DNA of 64,000 nucleotides from Eutreptiella sp. 'Long Island Sound 2002'. Its lineage: Eukaryota; Protista; Euglenida. This document shows, one piece after another, positions 24,535 to 36,853 of this stretch. The position numbers and the translations under genes are program-made. The notes beneath the pieces are model-generated. The model saw nothing but the letters and a program-made list of their open reading frames with translations. It searched no databases and had not been told where the DNA came from. Numbering within the stretch: position 1 is the first letter of the stretch; the number at the start of each line of letters is the position of its first letter. The stretch lies in NCBI GenBank assembly GCA_964036045.1, contig OZ038379.1, positions 19,344,001-19,408,000 on the forward strand. The letters are read 5' to 3'.

Positions 24535-25220
24535 GCTCCTTCACAAGGCCTCAAAGCCCGCAAGACAAGGGAGGGCTACATCTGGGTGGAGGTACCCATG
24601 CAAGACGTCATTGCTGCACTGCCTGATGCCACGAGGAACACCAGTAACAGTGGCAGCGACGATGTTGGTGGTGGTTGCAGCACCGGCGATGTAGCCGGCA
24701 GTGCGGGTGGGGGTTGCAGTGTGAGCGAAACCGGTGGGGTTATGGCTGGTACGGCAGATGGTACTGCAGGTGGTACAGGAGGTGAGAGTGGCAGTGTGAT
24801 GGGTAGCAATGGTAGTGCAAGTGGCAATGGCAGTGTAAGCGGCAGCAGTGGCGATGTGGCTGGTATTGTAAGGGGCAATGGCAGTGCACGGGGCAGCACT
24901 GGCGACTGGCTGGTAGCACGAGTGGGAGCGGTTACGGTACCAGTAAAGGCAGTGTGAGCAGCATGAGCACCGATATGAAGGATATCATCACGACAGGCAG
25001 AAGTGGCGGTATTGTCCGCCCAAGTGTTGACATAAACAATATATATGCTATCCCGACAGTGATCAGCGTTCCGTATTGTGGCAAGTCTCCTGCCCGGTGG
25101 TATTCTGTAAGAAGGCCAAATGATCCCTACCATCCGTCTCGGCCGGCCTTTTACAATGACTGGTCAACACCAACCCTCATGGACGTGGATCAGTGTGACC
25201 CGAATGCTATGGCACTCTAG
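24535..25220 (+). pseudogene. Terminal exon of paralog 'B' (Gly/Ser-rich, frameshifted near 24905); equivalents 33898-34583 and 43839-44524, deleted in copy 4
   Basis: CTGAC...CACAG| then APSQGLKARKTREGYIWVEV...[G/S-rich]. The second frame continues RPSVDINNIYAIP...RPAFYNDWSTPTLMDVDQCDPNA, collinear with exon A. Confidence 0.55.
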
Positions 25221-26895
25221 GGCATTGGTCAAGCATGTGGCCAAGAAGGTATTGCAAACGCAACATTGAAGTGAAGGGTGCGTGGGGGGTAACGTGATTG
25301 GGGAGCAGTTCGTCCACCATTTGGCCATGTGAGCTTTGTGATGATCCATGCCATCCTACATCCCACCGACAGAGCAACACACATCCATGCCATCAGCCAT
25401 CCGTTGGGTTGGCTGTTCAATAGGGGCACCAACGCACCATTTCAAAATTGTGTGGGCATTGTCTCATTTGTGGACCGCGAGGTCAAAGGCCCTGCAGGAC
25501 GATAGAAAATCCAAAATTTTCACTACGCGAGGCCTGCCCCAGATTCTGGAAGTGGTCACCAGCCACCAAGATACCAGGGATTGAGTCGAAATGCAATGCA
25601 GGTGCGGGCAAAATACCATTGAAACGGCTGTTATGGACAGCCACTGGCTGGTTTATGGGGAGCCCGGTTCGAATCTGCGGATCGAACGCGCCCCCATTCG
25701 ATTTTCCAGTTTTGGGCGCAGGTATTTTTTACTGTGGAGTGCAAACACAACGGAGATGGTCTACTGGATCTGAAGTAAATTGCGGCAGCACAGTGTGGTG
25801 TCTCTCGTCTAAACTAGTGATCATGTGCTGCCAGGCCTGTTTCAGTCTGGTGATCTACAACAGAAATTCAGAATCAAAGAACACAGGCAAAAACTGATGG
25901 CAAACTTTGACGAAGAGCAGAAGTGAGATGCCCAGCTGGCAGATGGCGCGCGTGTCAATCAGTGCAGCACAAAACTTAGTGAGGACATTGCATTTGCATG
26001 GGAATGCACCAAATTGAATGAGGCTAATTGGTGATTCTTTCAAGAAAACTGGTCATTTCGTTTTGTTGCAGCTGAGGGTATCCTTTCACGCATGCTTTGT
26101 TGGCTCAGTGATCTGCCACGTGAGCCACCCTTGTGCACCCCCACAAGCGCCTGTTCTGGGTTTAACTCATCCCTGATGACTTTCCTAAGGCCTTGGGGTT
26201 GCATATTGCAATGCAGTTTGCACGGGCAACAAGATAATGTGAAGGCGGTGTCCAATTTTCAAACCAGGTCTATGTTTTGGCAAATGAGGCTGGGATTGCT
26301 CCACCTTGACAGTCACAGTCACACGAGCCGGCACAGCACACTACACAAGAGCTAGAGGGGCTCAGAGATGTCAGAGGCAGACGGAGACACACAAGGAGAG
26401 GCTGCCGAATGGCGTACACTAGTGGCAGATTGTACCCGGAGAAAAGAACTGCTCTGTGAATGCATGTCGTGGAGGCGGCTCATGATAGAAGGCTATCTAG
26501 AATCGACGATGCGCTGTTGTATCCAGTTTTCGTTGCGAATACTCTTCCCAGTAGAAAAGGGCTTGGGGTCATAGAACACTGGACAATGCGCATCGTGAAG
26601 CATCTGCGGGCTTGCTACATGGAATAGTCGGAGGGAACGTTGGTTGCAAAGGGTTTTTGGGATGGATGGGGCATGGGGTTGATTTTCGGGAAGGTTGCGA
26701 AAAGCTGTGCTGGCTACGCCCATGCCGTGGAGGCTGTGTGGGGATCACTGGATCACTCGCTGTTCGCTAGTGCCATTGGACGTGACCTCACTTGTCTCAA
26801 TATCCTCGGGACCGGGCCATCCCTACCTCCGAAACAGAAACGCGTACGCAGAGTCCTCGTCCAAGCGGGCCTCCCCCCGACCAGATTTTTCAAAC

Positions 26896-27480
26896 CACGG
26901 GGGGGCGGCCGGGCCCGGTCCTTGTATGCAACCCCCCCCCCCCCCCCCCCCCGTCCCCCTCCCCCAGGTTTTGAAAAATAGTGGTGCCGGCTCAGCCACC
27001 AACAAGTGTCTCTAGAGAAAACTGTCCGGCGCCGAAGGCGCCAAAGTTTTTTTTCTTACTACATGTTTATACTCAAAATACTCAAAATTTTTTAGAGAAT
27101 TCATATTTGTGTTAAAACAACAAGAAGGAGGGCTACGGGAGGGCTACAGGCCCTAACAGCAACCAGAACCCTAGCCCCAACCCTAGCCCTAGCCCTAACC
27201 CTAACACTAACCCTAGGGCTAACCCTAACCCTAACCCTAACCCGAGCCCTAACCCCAACCCCTCCCCCCTCACCCCTGGCTGGATGCCCCCATGACCCCC
27301 GGCTAGACCCCCCCCGACCCCCTGCCAGACCCCCCCCCCCCCCCCGGACCCCCGGCCAGACCCCCCCCACCCCCGGGAGGAACCCCCCTCGCCCCCAACT
27401 GCCCCTCCCCCCCCCAGGTTTTGAAAGATAGTTGGGGGGTGGGTCGCATCAGGTGCGGTTGTAGTCGCCACCCCCCCGTG
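26896..27480. mobile_element. Non-autonomous TIR element (MITE-like, 585 bp), copy 1
   Basis: Ends CACGGGGGGG / CCCCCCCGTG are perfect inverted repeats. TTTCAAAC flanks both sides (26888-26895, 27481-27488). A single TTTCAAAC sits at the homologous position of copy 4. Confidence 0.8.
27151..27262 (+). repeat. Interstitial telomere-like (CCCTAA/CCCTAG)n tract inside the TIR element; also 36513-36630 and 46450-46567
   Basis: About 18-19 hexamers mixing CCCTAA, CCCTAG, CCCCAA and CACTAA. Copies 2 and 3 have one more hexamer than copy 1. Confidence 0.9.
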
Positions 27481-30400
27481 TTTCAAACATCCTCCATTTC
27501 CGGCAATTGGGTTACTGTTTTTGGTGGTCAACGAAGAGGAAAAATGGGAGGAATCCGCACTGTGTGTTGCATTCGCTACCACAATGTCCTATCGGACAAT
27601 CATAGCAGTGGACAGCTTGAAGTTTGATTCCCAGAGTTGCGTATAGGGGTCCACAGAGCGGGAAGGAGGCAATTTGGCGACATAACCCCTACCATATCCG
27701 GGACGAGCAGAGGTTATGAGACCATTTCCTTGTTCTACCTTTTGACTCTCCCAGGCATGCCCCAACTTGTACCCGAGCATCGGGGGGTGCATCAGTTCCC
27801 TTGCGTTGGAATATTGAAGTATCATCTCTGTCCCGGCGACAGGTGCAACAAGCACCCAGAATGCAAGAAATCCAATCACACGTGTTTTGCAAACTTTTGT
27901 GCAGCGGCGACCACTGCCCTAGCCTCATGCCTTTTGTGCAGTTGGAACCACAGCCCCAACCAAACCCCTTTTGTACAGCGACAACTGCGTTCCTCAGCAC
28001 CTCCTTTTGTGCAACTACAGCCGTAGCAGGGTTTGATGATGGCCCGGTTGGTGTGGATGCAGTGATATGGCCATAGAATGCACTGCCATATATTTCTGAA
28101 TGCAACCGTGTGTTCGCATGGGGTTTTGCGTGGGGGCCCTCAAATCCGGCATAATTCATTGCCATGGAATCAGGTCTTTTTCCCCTGCTCTCTTAATATG
28201 GCAGACACTAGTGCTCCTCACGTGGTTGTTGATAATGTTGTTGCTGATGGACTTGACACCATGCATCTTCTAGCCATGAATGCGGGTACCAGGCTCAAGT
28301 ATGATCATTTTGCTTGGTTTGCATGCCCCTTGCCCACTTTTGGGCACATTCTGGCTTTCAGCTTCCAGCTCTACATTCAGCCCAAGTTTGAATTCTACCC
28401 CAGATCTAATTGTGAGCCCTAGAATTCTGATTTTAGCCCTCAACATACCAACACTTTGAAATCCTAAACAACCCTAAACAGCCGTGACTAGCCCTCCTCA
28501 AACCCGATGGACGTCCAAATACTGCTCCACAAGCCTCAACAATACTAAATAAGCCTCCACAACCCTCAGCGATTAGACCAGCACTGGTCTTCTGCCCAGA
28601 TTCCACCTTCGTTCGCTGAGATACAACCAAGATGGATCCAACCAAGGTGATAAGGATCCGCGGGCCCAACGTGAGCAATATTTCAAGTCCAAGTCTCGTG
28701 GATCAACCAACAAGTGGGCGAGGCCCGCTCCCGTTCCCAAGCCCAATCTCAGTCCCATTGCCAGTCCAAGTCTCGTCGAGGCCTAACAAACAAAAGCATT
28801 TGGGGCATGCTTACGGCGGCAAAAGTGCTTCCCATAACCTTGAGAGGTGAACGTACGCTCAAGGTCCACACAACGCAGGCAGCCGCCGATGCCAAGAGAC
28901 AGGTTGGCAACCAAGCGCCGCTCGACCAGATGTGTAATGAACAGGTTTGGGGGCTGTTGCCGTTCTTGTCATGCTGGAGCTATCTCTTTTGCACAGGTTT
29001 GCTCCCTTTGCCAGGCCAAGGCATGGTGTTTGTGAATATTGATTTTGCATGTGTGAGGGATCATGTAGGGCAAAAATTTGTGATATTGATTTTGACGGGA
29101 GAAAACTACATGACACAATTTGTAGTGTAACCACCCCCCCCCCTCTGCAAGTGAGAATCCTGAATGGATAGCGGGGCTGTTGCATGTTTGATGAGGGGAA
29201 AACGTTCACAAGGGACTGTGGCACACTGAATCCCCTCTTTGCCAAATGTGGTTGGCTTTATCCAGAACCTTTTCTTGTTTTGTTGTGCCAACGAGGTTCA
29301 GGTGCATTGGCATTGGAGGGGGGCGAAGTAGAAAGTGCAAGTTACGAAGCACAACAGGAGTCAGAAACCGAAATGGAGCACTGCTACGTAAGAGTCCCCA
29401 TGCCACCGGATGCCCTCAGTCCCCACTCCCTTCACTTTCCAGGGCACTAAATTTTCCCTTGTCTTTATTCACCCACAACATACCATGTTTGCATATGGCC
29501 CTTTTTCAGGCCTTGCTACTCCAGTTAGTAGCCCAAAGCTCGTGCCAACAGCCCCACCAGGTGTCTGAATTCATACCTGCATCTCGGTCCTCCCTCCCTC
29601 ACACGGCACGCTGCTCAGAAGTTTGATGTCAAGAGGCATTCTGTACAGCAAGGAGAGCGTGGATGGCGGGAAGGACTCAAGAGGGGAGCGATGGGGAGTT
29701 TTATGAGGCTCCATGAGGTACCAGAAGGACACCGCAGTGTGCATACGGGTCTGGCAAAGCATGTCCAGACACGGATTGGCGGACCTGCATTGGGATTGGC
29801 AGTAGGCCGGGACATGCATGGACATGCACTGGCATGCACGATTTTTACTCTTGACATGCCTGGAAAAAATGGATTTGTGAGCACATGGTTGTCACTCTTG
29901 GATAGCTTGATGCTGACCCATAATTGTTCACTTGCGTGTGCCTTAGGGTGATCTAGCAGTGGCATTGTGTCTAGTAAGTCAGTTCTAAGCATGTCTCCCA
30001 AGTAGGGTGCTGGGGAAACTCCCTGCTTGAACAGAGCCCTATTGAGCACTTTGAAAGCTCTTGTCATGATGTGCTCGGATGCAAGTCAAGGATGCTTAGA
30101 TGCAAAGCATGCAAGTGAAGATCGATGGGTTGGAAAAGCAGATTACCGAGTTGAAGCGAAAATCAGCAGCATCATCAGATTCCGAGGTATGTACTGGAAG
30201 GACAAATCTTTGGGTTGCTGGAATGTGGAATGTTGTGGTAGGAGTGTGCACTGCATGGTGTGTGTAGCAGGGATGGATTTGGCAGCTACTGTTCTTATGG
30301 GTGGGCCTCGTGTTCATCAGGGGGCGAGAGGGTAATAGAAATGGACCGCGAATAGATTTGGGAAGCATTGTGAATTCTTGCAAGGGCCGATGGCTGGAGT

Positions 30401-31593
30401 ATTGGGGCAGACTAATGGCCGTGGTAGGAGCAGCCGGGGCCAACAAGGACTGTATGCAAGCATGGCATGAAATGTGTGAATAAACACATGTGCAAGTACA
30501 ACCACGTGGGAAGTGAAGGGAGTGGGGGCCCCAGTTGGTATGAGGACACAGCACGCGGCCCGGCACAGGTGTTGTGTTGAGAGGCATCCAGCATGCAAAG
30601 TGGGTGTGGACAACGGTAAGGAAAATGAGGAAGAGCAACAGAGAAGTTTACACAGCTCCATGAGGTACCAGAACGACACCAGAGTGTGTATGGGGGGCGG
30701 TGTCTGCCTGGGCCTTTGGATAATGAAATGACGATTATGAAATTCCTTTTTGTCTCTTTTGAGGAGGGGCGAATTCGAGGGCCACATGCGAGCGCCAAAG
30801 GGGTAGAAATTGGCCAAAAATGCAGTCAATTCTTTCCTCAAAAGCCTCCGTTGCTTTCTTTCCCACTCCCTCTCCCCGCCCCCTGCCGCTGGTCCACTCT
30901 CTCTTTGCCGTGCTAGATGCCTCTCGACTTTGAAATGCGTTAGGACCAACAAAATTTTTGACCCCAACCATATACATCTCCTTGTTTGTTGTATTCTGGT
31001 GCTTGATTTGGTGGGTCTCTTGGCGGGGGGTAGTTTGTACGGAATGGGCTATGCAGAGTCCTGTGAAAGCGCTTGTGGGAAAGACGCCCTGTCAATGCAT
31101 GCTAGGGTGCCATATCGTACCAGGGTCCATGAAATAAGGATACGCAGCGCAAAGGGTATCATTAGGGCATCGTGCAAATCCAAGGGTGAGGGCTAGGCGG
31201 GCCTTGAGCCCCCGTTTGGACCTCCTCCTCCCCCCCCCCTTTCTCAGGGAGCCCCAAAACCCCAGGCCCCCCCCATCCCCTTTTGGCAATTGGATTTGCC
31301 AGTGCCTCAGCCCTCAGAAGACGGCAATGTCTTATGTTGAGGGCATCCATTGGACCATTTTGGTTGTTATGAAATCAAATCAAATCAAAAAATCTTGCAT
31401 CTCATCTTTCGAAATGTTGACACTTCTTGACAGGCTTTAAAATCAGGTTACCTCAAATTATTGCACTTCCTCAGCTCCTTGCACGGTTTCCGGATGGGAT
31501 TGAGTTGTCATCCGGGAACGAGGACTCTTTGCCATGATATCCCTTGCAACCTAATTTGCCAACCTAATTTGCACTCCGTGTTTTCTGTCTCAG

Positions 31594-32223
31594 GTTCCTT
31601 CGGAACGGCAAAAAGCTCGTAAGACACCGGAGGGTTTCAGATGGACGTGTGTGTTGGTGCCTGAGGATTTTGACAACGCTGAAGGCAATAATGGAGGAAA
31701 TAGCAGCGAGGGTTGTAGCGGTGGCACTAGTGCTGGCAGTGGCAGTGGCAGTGCTGGTGGCTGTGGCGGTGGCAGTGGCGGTGGGGGTGCAGACAATAGT
31801 GCTAGTTGTGGCACTGGCGTCAGTGATAGTGCCCGTGCAAACAACAGTAGCAATACTAGGGGTAATCGCCAAGACAACAACAGTGGCTGTGATATTGGCA
31901 ACAATGGTAGTTATATTGGTCGCAATATTGGCAATGCGGATCGTCACAATGTTCCCCACGCCCATGGGGTATCGGCACCGAGTATTGATATTAACATTAT
32001 GTATTCTCTCCCCGTGGCATCTAGTGAACCCGAGGTTGGTAAAACGATGCCAAGGAGTTACACGGCACCAAGAACGGAGCCATTTTCCCGTCATCAGCCG
32101 GCATTTTTCAATGAGTCAACACCGGTTTACATGGACACAGATAGGTGGGATCCAAATGCATCTTCGTGCAAGCAGCCGGCATTTTTCTTCAGCAGTGTAG
32201 GTAGCTACCAACCGCGCATGTAG
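31594..32223 (+). CDS. Exon A, copy 2 (intact frame)
   Basis: Translation identical to copy 1. Confidence 0.55.
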   Translation, partial: VPSERQKARKTPEGFRWTCVLVPEDFDNAEGNNGGNSSEGCSGGTSAGSGSGSAGGCGGGSGGGGADNSASCGTGVSDSARANNSSNTRGNRQDNNSGCDIGNNGSYIGRNIGNADRHNVPHAHGVSAPSIDINIMYSLPVASSEPEVGKTMPRSYTAPRTEPFSRHQPAFFNESTPVYMDTDRWDPNASSCKQPAFFFSSVGSYQPRM

Positions 32224-35200
32224 TGGTTGTGCTAGTCCTAATCCAACAGAGCAGGTGTTTGAGTTTCCAAGATTTGACGATAGACTGAGCTCAATAGTTG
32301 CATATTTGATGAAGGTTGCTGGAGATAAGCTCAACAGTTGTAGCTGTGTTTCATTAGGGAGAATTCCAGGGTGATTTTTTTGTGAAGGGGCAAGGTAGGA
32401 GTTACATTGGCAGGCATGCTGTGGAATTCTGATGCAGGCATTCCCAAGGTGGAAAGATGGAAGTCCAAAAAGGGCGGGGAGAGGGGGGCATAAGGGAGAT
32501 GGTTGTTTTGGATATTGCAATGTATCAGCTGCTGTGAAGTTTTTGGCTTTATGGATCTCAAATGCGATGCTTTGGGGTCCCCCGCATCCGCCTCCCCCGG
32601 TGGACTCCTCCACCTCCCTATGCCCTCTCCCCTGACCTAATTTCCGTTTGTCTTTCTATCAATCATTCAATCTGTCAATCTGATGAAGTCTCACCCCCTC
32701 CCCTGACCCCGAGGGCTCAGTTTGGACCCCCTTGGCAAACCACCTACGTTGTTAGCGTCAAGCATTTCAACGGCTCCGTCCCCCTCCGCCCCCTGCATTT
32801 TTCACTCCACATGTGGACATCTAAGTTTCTGTTTCTTCTCAGTCTCATCGTTCTTATGAATTTCACGGTTTTCTGGGCATTGCATTGCGAGCTTGGATCC
32901 TCCTCTTTCTTTTCTATTCTCATTTCAGTCGGCATTTACATTTTGGGTTTGACTATTGGTGGTGTTGTATTTGATCCTCAGTGTGCAATCATATTGATGA
33001 CAACAGAGACATTGCAGCATTGAAAGTTCGACGACCATTTATTATCTATGTTTCAGAGAATTTAGTGCATGTGCGCAAACTATATTGTGCACCGCTCGAG
33101 TGCGGTGGACAGCCGCTGCTGAGGACCCCCCCAATGGGCGACACGAGCAACAAACACGCCAGGCTACCTCGCAAAGGGTCTGTGGACCGTGGCCAGCACT
33201 AGTGGAGTCCTCGGCAAACCCCACTTCAGTAAGCTCAAGTGCGGCAAAACCGCCCGCCCAAGCAAGAGATCCTCGCTCATTGCAAGGGGGCCAAAGCACA
33301 CTTTCTTTAAGTGTGTACTTATCCCGTCTCGCAATAGAAAGATGCCTTTGGAACATGTACCATTGGCAGTCTTTCTTCTGCAAACGCTTGCTGCCGTCGC
33401 TCCTTTAAATGCGTTAGTCGCTGTGCAGCAATCCCACGGGAGCTTTTTGGGCAAGCTTGAGGTTTGTGATGGTTGATTTTCCACAGAAGAATTTTCTCCT
33501 TGCAAAGAAGTACCATGTTGGGGACCATGGCGTGCAGATACACTGTAAAGTGTGGTGTACCGCTTGATGGAAATCACACACCTAGATTTTGTACCAGAGA
33601 AACAGCTACATTGGTGCAACCCCTGCGAAGAAAAAGGCGCCGATTGGTCTGCTCCGGTGGTGTTGTGGTGCCTCCAGGAAGCATCCAAATCCTGCGAATT
33701 CATATTAGGAAACGGTGTGAAATGTTCTTATCTTAGACAGCAAGATGTGGGCTATAGGACAAGTGCAAATCCACCAAGACTTTTCAAATGGCGATTAGAC
33801 CAAAGTGTGTTGCCTTGCCGGGGGGGGGGGGGAGGTGCCCAGTAATCATTCCTTCTTGCACGCCTAGCTTTACTGACATTTATTTCTTGTGTCACAGGCT
33901 CCTTCACAAGGCCTCAAAGCCCGCAAGACAAGGGAGGGCTACATCTGGGTGGAGGTACCCATGCAAGACGTCATTGCTGCACTGCCTGATGCCACGAGGA
34001 ACACCAGTAACAGTGGCAGCGACGATGTTGGTGGTGGTTGCAGCACCGGCGATGTAGCCGGCAGTGCGGGTGGGGGTTGCAGTGTGAGCGAAACCGGTGG
34101 GGTTATGGCTGGTACGGCAGATGGTACTGCAGGTGGTACAGGAGGTGAGAGTGGCAGTGTGATGGGTAGCAATGGTAGTGCAAGTGGCAATGGCAGTGTA
34201 AGCGGCAGCAGTGGCGATGTGGCTGGTATTGTAAGGGGCAATGGCAGTGCACGGGGCAGCACTGGCGACTGGCTGGTAGCACGAGTGGGAGCGGTTACGG
34301 TAGCAGTAAAGGCAGTGTGAGCAGCATGAGCACCGATATGAAGGATATCATCACGACAGGCAGAAGTGGCGGTATTGTCCGCCCAAGTGTTGACATAAAC
34401 AATATATATGCTATCCCGACAGTGATCAGCGTTCCGTATTGTGGCAAGTCTCCTGCCCGGTGGTATTCTGTAAGAAGGCCAAATGATCCCTACCATCCGT
34501 CTCGGCCGGCCTTTTACAATGACTGGTCAACACCAACCCTCATGGACGTGGATCAGTGTGACCCGAATGCTATGGCACTCTAGGGCATTGGTCAAGCATG
34601 TGGCCAAGAAGGTATTGCAAACGCAACATTGAAGTGAAGGGTGCGTGGGGGGTAACGTGATTGGGGAGCAGTTCGTCCACCATTTGGCCATGTGAGCTTT
34701 GTGATGATCCATGCCATCCTACATCCCACCGACAGAGCAACACACATCCATGCCATCAGCCATCCGTTGGGTTGGCTGTTCAATAGGGGCACCAACGCAC
34801 CATTTCAAAATTGTGTGGGCATTGTCTCATTTGTGGACCGCGAGGTCAAAGGCCCTGCAGAACGATAGAAAATCCAAAATTTTCACTACGCGAGGCCTGC
34901 CCCAGATTCTGGAAGTGGTCACCAGCCACCAAGATACCAGGGATTGAGTCGAAATGCAATGCAGGTGCGGGCAAAATACCATTGAAACGGCTGTTATGGA
35001 CAGCCACTGGCTGGTTTATGGGGAGCCCGGTTCGAATCTGCGGATCGAACGCGCCCCCATCCGATTTTCCATTTTTGGGCGCAGGTATTTTTTACTGTGG
35101 AGTGCAAACACAACGGAGATGGTCTACTGGATCTGAAGTAAATTGCGGCAGCACAGTGTGGTGTCTCTCGTCTAAACTAGTGATCATGTGCTGCCAGGCC

Positions 35201-36258
35201 TGTTTCAGTCTGGTGATCTACAACAGAAATTCAGAATCAAAGAACACAGGCAAAAACTGATGGCAAACTTTGACGAAGAGCAGAAGTGAGATGCCCAGCT
35301 GGCAGATGGCGCGCGTGTCAATCAGTGCAGCACAAAACTTAGTGAGGACATTGCATTTGCATGGGAATGCACCAAATTGAATGAGGCTAATTGGTGATTC
35401 TTTCAAGAAAACTGGTCATTTCGTTTTGTTGCAGCTGAGGGTATCCTTTCACGCATGCTTTGTTGGCTCGGTGATCTGCCACGTGAGCCACCCTTGTGCA
35501 CCCCCACAAGCGCCTGTTCTGGGTTTAACTCATCCCTGATGACTTTCCTAAGGCCTTGGGGTTGCATATTGCAATGCAGTTTGCACGGGCAACAAGATAA
35601 TGCGAAGGCGGTGTCCAATTTTCAAACCAGGTCTATGTTTTGGCAAATGAGGCTGGGATTGCTCCACCTTGACAGTCACAGTCACACGAGCCGGCACAGC
35701 ACACTACACAAGAGCTAGAGGGGCTCAGAGATGTCAGAGGCAGACGGAGACACACAAGGAGAGGCTGCCGAATGGCGTACACTAGTGGCAGATTGTACCC
35801 GGAGAAAAGAACTGCTCTGTGAATGCATGTCGTGGAGGCGGCTCATGATAGAAGGCTATCTAGAATCGACGATGCGCTGTTGTATCCAGTTTTCGTTGCG
35901 AATACTCTTCCCAGTAGAAAAGGGCTTGAGGTCATAGAACACTGGACAATGCGCATCGTGAAGCATCTGCGGGCTTGCTACATGGAATAGTCGGAGGGAA
36001 CGTTGGTTGCAAAGGGTTTTTGGGATGGATGGGGCATGGGGTTGATTTTTGGGAAGGTTGCGAAAAGCTGTGCTGGCTACGCCCATGCCGTGGAGGCTGT
36101 GTGGGGATCACTGGATCACTCGCTGTTCGCTAGTGCCATTGGACGTGACCTCACTTGTCTCAATATCCTCGGGACCGGGCCATCCCTACCTCCGAAACAG
36201 AAACGCGTACGCAGAGTCCTCGTCCAAGCGGGCCTCCCCCCGACCAGATTTTTCAAAC

Positions 36259-36853
36259 CACGGGGGGGCGGCCGGGCCCGGTCCTTGTATGCAACCCCCC
36301 CCCCCCCCCCCCCCGTCCCCCTCCCCCAGGTTTTGAAAAATAGTGGTGCCGGCTCAGCCACCAACAAGTGTCTCTAGAGAAAACTGTCCGGCGCCGAAGG
36401 CGCCAAAGTTTTTTTTCTTACTACATGTTTATACTCAAAATACTCAAAATTTTTTAGAGAATTCATATTTGTGTTAAAACAACAAGAAGGAGGGCTACGG
36501 GAGGGCTACAGGCCCTAACAGCAACCAGAACCCTAGCCCCAACCCTAGCCCTAGCCCTAACCCTAACACTAACCCTAACCCTAGGGCTAACCCTAACCCT
36601 AACCCTAACCCGAGCCCTAACCCCAACCCCTCCCCCCTCACCCCTGGCTGGATGCCCCCATGACCCCCGGCTAGACCCCCCCCCGACCCCCTGCCAGACC
36701 CCCCCCCCCCCCCCCGGACCCCCGGCCAGAGCCCCCCCCACCCCCGGGAGGAACCCCCCTCGCCCCCAACTGCCCCTCCCCCCCCCCAGGTTTTGAAAGA
36801 TAGTTGGGGGGTGGGTCGCATCAGGTGCGGTTGTAGTCGCCCCCCCCCCCGTG
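36259..36853. mobile_element. TIR element, copy 2 (595 bp)
   Basis: Same TIRs; TTTCAAAC at 36251-36258 and 36854-36861. Confidence 0.8.

Larger units (their letters stand above)
19749..29118. repeat. ~9.37-kb tandem macro-repeat, copy 1
   Basis: Anchor TTTGTAGTGTAA at 19749, 29119, 38492 and 48428. The ORF track repeats nearly verbatim with a ~9.37-kb offset. Confidence 0.97.

Noticed and set aside
25640-25690. tRNA or tRNA-derived SINE (GGTTCGAATC B-box-like motif, in copies 1-3)
   Set aside because: The T-stem pairs poorly, no cloverleaf forms, and any A-box-like sequence is too close.
26150-26200. Helicase motif (ELNPEQ...GGSRGRS) suggesting a Helitron
   Set aside because: No proper Walker A, no other helicase or Rep motifs, and no TC...CTRR ends found.
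27151-27262. True chromosome end or telomere fusion
   Set aside because: Short, degenerate, internal to a TIR-bounded element and repeated identically in three units.
27101-27582. (RV)n and (GL)n repeat proteins
   Set aside because: Translations of the telomere-like hexamers.
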